A stretch of DNA of 64,000 nucleotides, taken from assembly GCA_041751875.1 (NCBI GenBank), contig JBGSIC010000026.1:5128-69127 (forward strand). The letters are read 5' to 3'. This document shows positions 61,380 to 64,000 of the stretch, piece after piece. Made by a program: the position numbers and the translations under genes. The notes below the pieces were generated by a model that was not told the DNA's origin, made no database searches, and saw nothing but the letters and a program-made list of their open reading frames with translations. The stretch is from Bdellovibrionota bacterium (lineage in GTDB: Bacteria > Bdellovibrionota > FAC87 > UBA2466 > JACKAF01). How positions within the stretch are numbered: the stretch's first letter is position 1; each line of letters begins with the position of its first letter.

Positions 61380-61985
61380 CTACTTCGCATCAGCGACGGG
61401 AGACTGGGACTCTACAGGCTTGATTTTCTTCGGTTTTTCGACCTTCTTGACCTTTTTATTCGGTCCGAAAGTTAGAGACAAAACGCGCGCTTCCATCTTC
61501 GCCTGCGCCTCCACAATACCCATATCGCCCACCTTGTCAACGATTTGGGCCATCAGATCGTGCCCAATTTTGGTGTGCGCCATCTCTCGTCCGCGGAACC
61601 GAATGGAGACCTTTACTTTGTGGCCTTCTTCCAAGAATCGACCGATGTTTTTGCACTTATAGTCGATATCGTGGGTATCCGTGCGGGGTCGAAACTGGAC
61701 TTCCTTCAAAGTCGTCACAACCTGGTTCTTCTTGGCCTGGGCTTTTTTCTTCTTCAGCTCGTACTTGTACTTACCGTGGTCGAGAATCTTGCAGACCGGA
61801 GGTTTAGCCTTCGGAGAGATTTCAGCCAGGTCGAGTCCCTGAGCCGTGGCCATTTCGATGGCCTTTCGCGTTTCCATGATGCCCAGCTGTGAGCCGTCGG
61901 CCGCGATGACACGGACCTCTCGGACGCGAATGCGGTGGTTGATCCTGATTTCCGGTTCCCGTGAGGGAGAATTGAACTTTCTAAT
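61380..61985 (-). CDS. infC: translation initiation factor IF-3 (AUU start)
   Basis: The ORF track starts at an internal Met (61877). My upstream translation continues in frame as (I)RKFNSPSREPEIRINHRIRVREVRVIAADGSQLGI-METRK..., which is the conserved IF-3 N-domain. The only plausible initiator is ATT at 61985-61983, with GGAGG 8 nt upstream. It overlaps the thrS stop by 1 nt. Confidence 0.8.
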   Translation of the reverse strand: MRKFNSPSREPEIRINHRIRVREVRVIAADGSQLGIMETRKAIEMATAQGLDLAEISPKAKPPVCKILDHGKYKYELKKKKAQAKKNQVVTTLKEVQFRPRTDTHDIDYKCKNIGRFLEEGHKVKVSIRFRGREMAHTKIGHDLMAQIVDKVGDMGIVEAQAKMEARVLSLTFGPNKKVKKVEKPKKIKPVESQSPVADAK

Positions 61986-63915
61986 GGGTTATTCCTCCAG
62001 GTTTAAGTTGCGGTGATAGGTAATCCTTAAAGGCTTGCATCGAAAGATCAGGCAGGGTTTCACCGGTGTGTTTACGAAGAGAGAGCACACCCTTTTCCTG
62101 TTCTTGTTTCCCCACAACCACCATGAGGGGAATCTTGCGCAATTGCGCTTCACGAATCTTGTAGCCAAGCTTTTCACCGCGAAGGTCGGTTTCTACCCGC
62201 ACGCCGTGCCAATCGAATAGCTTCGTGGCGATGTCTTTCGCATACTGCTCTTGGTCTGACGTAAGGCTCAAAATAGCGACTTGGGTCGGACACAACCATA
62301 GTGGCAAGTGACCTGCGTGGTGCTCAATGAGAATGCCGAGCATGCGTTCAAAACTTCCGAAAATTGCGCGGTGGATCATCACGGGCCGGCGGGCCCCACC
62401 ATCGCTAGCGATGTACTCGAGCTGAAAGCGCTCGGGCAAAATGAAATCAAGCTGAATCGTCCCGCACTGCCAGCGGCGATTAAGCGTGTCCTTGATGTGA
62501 AACTCAATCTTAGGCCCGTAAAAGGCGCCTTCGCCCTCCAAAAATTCGAAGGGAAGACCGGCTGTTTTAAGGCTGGAGGCAAGGGCGTTAGTAGCTCTTT
62601 CCCATACTTCGCCGGTTCCGGGAGCGGTGGCCGGCTTCGTGGCGAGCTTCACTTCAAGCTCATCAAATCCCAGCATTTTGTAGACGGCGCGCGTGTGCTC
62701 AATCGTGGCTAGTGCTTCCTCGGCGATCTGGTCTTCTGTGCAGAAAATATGGCCATCATCGATGCTGAAAGTGCGCGTGCGAAACAATCCGTGCGTCACT
62801 CCGGCGCGTTCATCGCGGTGAACTTTAGTGAACTCTGCGTATCGCAGAGGGAGATCGCGGTAGCTGTACTTCTTGGTCTTAAAAAGCGTGATGTGACCGG
62901 GGCAGTTCATGGGTTTTAGCACCATGAGGTTGTCCTCTTGGACGTGCTCGCCGTGACCGGTGATGAACATATTTTCCCGGTAATGTTCCCAGTGCCCACT
63001 GGTTTTCCAAAGTGCCGCCGTCATTAACTGAGGGCAGCTCACCATCTGGTAGCCCTTCGCGACCATCTCGTCGCGCAAAAAGCTTTGGAGCGTGTTTAGA
63101 AGCGTCTCGCCCTTGGGCAGGTAAAACGGCATCGCGGGCGCTTCGGGAAGAAACGCGAAAAGCCCCATTTCAGGGCCCATCTTGCGATGATCCCGTCTCT
63201 TAGCTTCTTCCAAACGAGCTAGATGTTCTTCAAGTTCCTTTTGTGTGGCAAAAGCGGTTCCGTAAATGCGTTGGAGCATTTCGTTCTTTTCATCGCCACG
63301 CCAGTAAGCACCAGCGACTGAAAGGAGCTTGAAGTGACCAAGCGATTTTGTATTAGGGACATGGGGTCCTCGGCACAGGTCGGTAAAATCGCCTTGTTGA
63401 TAAGTAGTGACTGTTTGCTCTGGCAAACTTGAAATGATCTCTGCTTTGTAAATTTCACCTTGTTTCTTGAAGAACTCAGTCGCTTCATCGCGCTTCCAAA
63501 CTTTTCGCGTTACATCGAATGCACGCGCGACGATATCTTTCATGCGCGCTTCAATTTTGACCAGATCATCTGGCGTGAACTGATCTTTGCGAGAAAAATC
63601 GTAATAGAAACCCTCTTCGGTGACGGGACCGATCGTGATTTGGGTTTCAGGATAGAGTTCTTTAACCGCATGGGCCAATAGGTGCGCGGTCGAATGACGC
63701 AATACATCGAGTCCTTGAGCGCTCTCACGCGTTACGATAGCCACGTTCGCGTTTTGATCGAGGGGAATCGAGAGATCGACCACTTTCCCATCAAGCACCG
63801 CAGCAACCGCATCTTTCTCAAGGCGCTTTCCGATGGAAGCCGCGATGAGCCGGGGCGTCACGCCGCGATCAAATTCCCGTTTTGAGCCGTCGGGCAACGT
63901 AATGGTGATTTTCAT
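61981..63915 (-). CDS. thrS: threonine--tRNA ligase
   Basis: 644 aa with an N-terminal TGS domain (MKITITLPDGS), the HSTAHLLA editing-domain motif, a class II core and a C-terminal anticodon-binding domain. Confidence 0.95.
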   Translation of the reverse strand: MKITITLPDGSKREFDRGVTPRLIAASIGKRLEKDAVAAVLDGKVVDLSIPLDQNANVAIVTRESAQGLDVLRHSTAHLLAHAVKELYPETQITIGPVTEEGFYYDFSRKDQFTPDDLVKIEARMKDIVARAFDVTRKVWKRDEATEFFKKQGEIYKAEIISSLPEQTVTTYQQGDFTDLCRGPHVPNTKSLGHFKLLSVAGAYWRGDEKNEMLQRIYGTAFATQKELEEHLARLEEAKRRDHRKMGPEMGLFAFLPEAPAMPFYLPKGETLLNTLQSFLRDEMVAKGYQMVSCPQLMTAALWKTSGHWEHYRENMFITGHGEHVQEDNLMVLKPMNCPGHITLFKTKKYSYRDLPLRYAEFTKVHRDERAGVTHGLFRTRTFSIDDGHIFCTEDQIAEEALATIEHTRAVYKMLGFDELEVKLATKPATAPGTGEVWERATNALASSLKTAGLPFEFLEGEGAFYGPKIEFHIKDTLNRRWQCGTIQLDFILPERFQLEYIASDGGARRPVMIHRAIFGSFERMLGILIEHHAGHLPLWLCPTQVAILSLTSDQEQYAKDIATKLFDWHGVRVETDLRGEKLGYKIREAQLRKIPLMVVVGKQEQEKGVLSLRKHTGETLPDLSMQAFKDYLSPQLKPGGITH

Positions 63916-64000
63916 GAAGGGCTTAAAGAAAACAATACGAGGAAACTCATAAGCAAGACAGGAAGGTAAAGCCTACAAGAGAGGGAAGAGCTGGAATTGA

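Overview
This 64-kb chromosomal window comes from a Gram-negative (diderm) bacterium. About 93% is coding and roughly 4.5 kb is non-coding. I saw no transposase, integrase, phage genes, CRISPR array or rRNA. All function calls rest on motif recognition in the translated ORFs; no database search was possible.

Content in order:
- Two secreted unknown proteins, a hemerythrin-like protein paired with a small basic protein, a HAD-IIB hydrolase and a stand-alone RadC/JAB protein.
- An envelope-glycoconjugate trio: carbamoyltransferase, WecA/MraY-family transferase with a C-terminal extension, and an MsbA-like ABC exporter.
- ribF-glmU-glmS.
- An orphan NtrC-family sigma-54 activator flanked by secreted unknown proteins.
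- A five-gene oligopeptide ABC operon.
- A chalcone-isomerase-fold protein, an M64 peptidase, a metallophosphoesterase and tRNA-Ala(GGC).
- A pseudo-receiver/GGDEF cyclase, a TPPII-like S8 lipoprotein protease, and SppA with an added N-terminal beta-rich domain.
- cinA, then a divergent pair of Lys-rich/acidic-tail proteins.
- mtnA, an ECF sigma/anti-sigma pair, and nadE.
- An 11-gene co-directional array: cupredoxin protein, COX2-TM-like protein, ctaA, ctaB, an ABC-2 exporter, SCO1, crtY-crtE-crtI-crtB, a His-rich membrane protein and an AlkD-like protein.
- An outer-membrane-like protein, tRNA-Pro with an AGG anticodon, and a MerR regulator.
- The classical thrS-infC-rpmI-rplT-pheS-pheT cluster. 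infC uses an AUU start that the ORF track misses.

I do not see a hallmark defense or mobile island. The observations most worth follow-up are:
1. An unusually dense set of sigma-54 (-24/-12) promoter matches, including one before the activator gene itself and one before the peptide-uptake operon.
2. A family of intergenic nested palindromes that share identical stem modules.
3. Translational coupling of heme-copper oxidase biogenesis genes to a carotenoid pathway.
4. The beta-rich domain fused to SppA.
5. The A34 tRNA-Pro.
6. The histone-H1-like polyampholyte gene pair.
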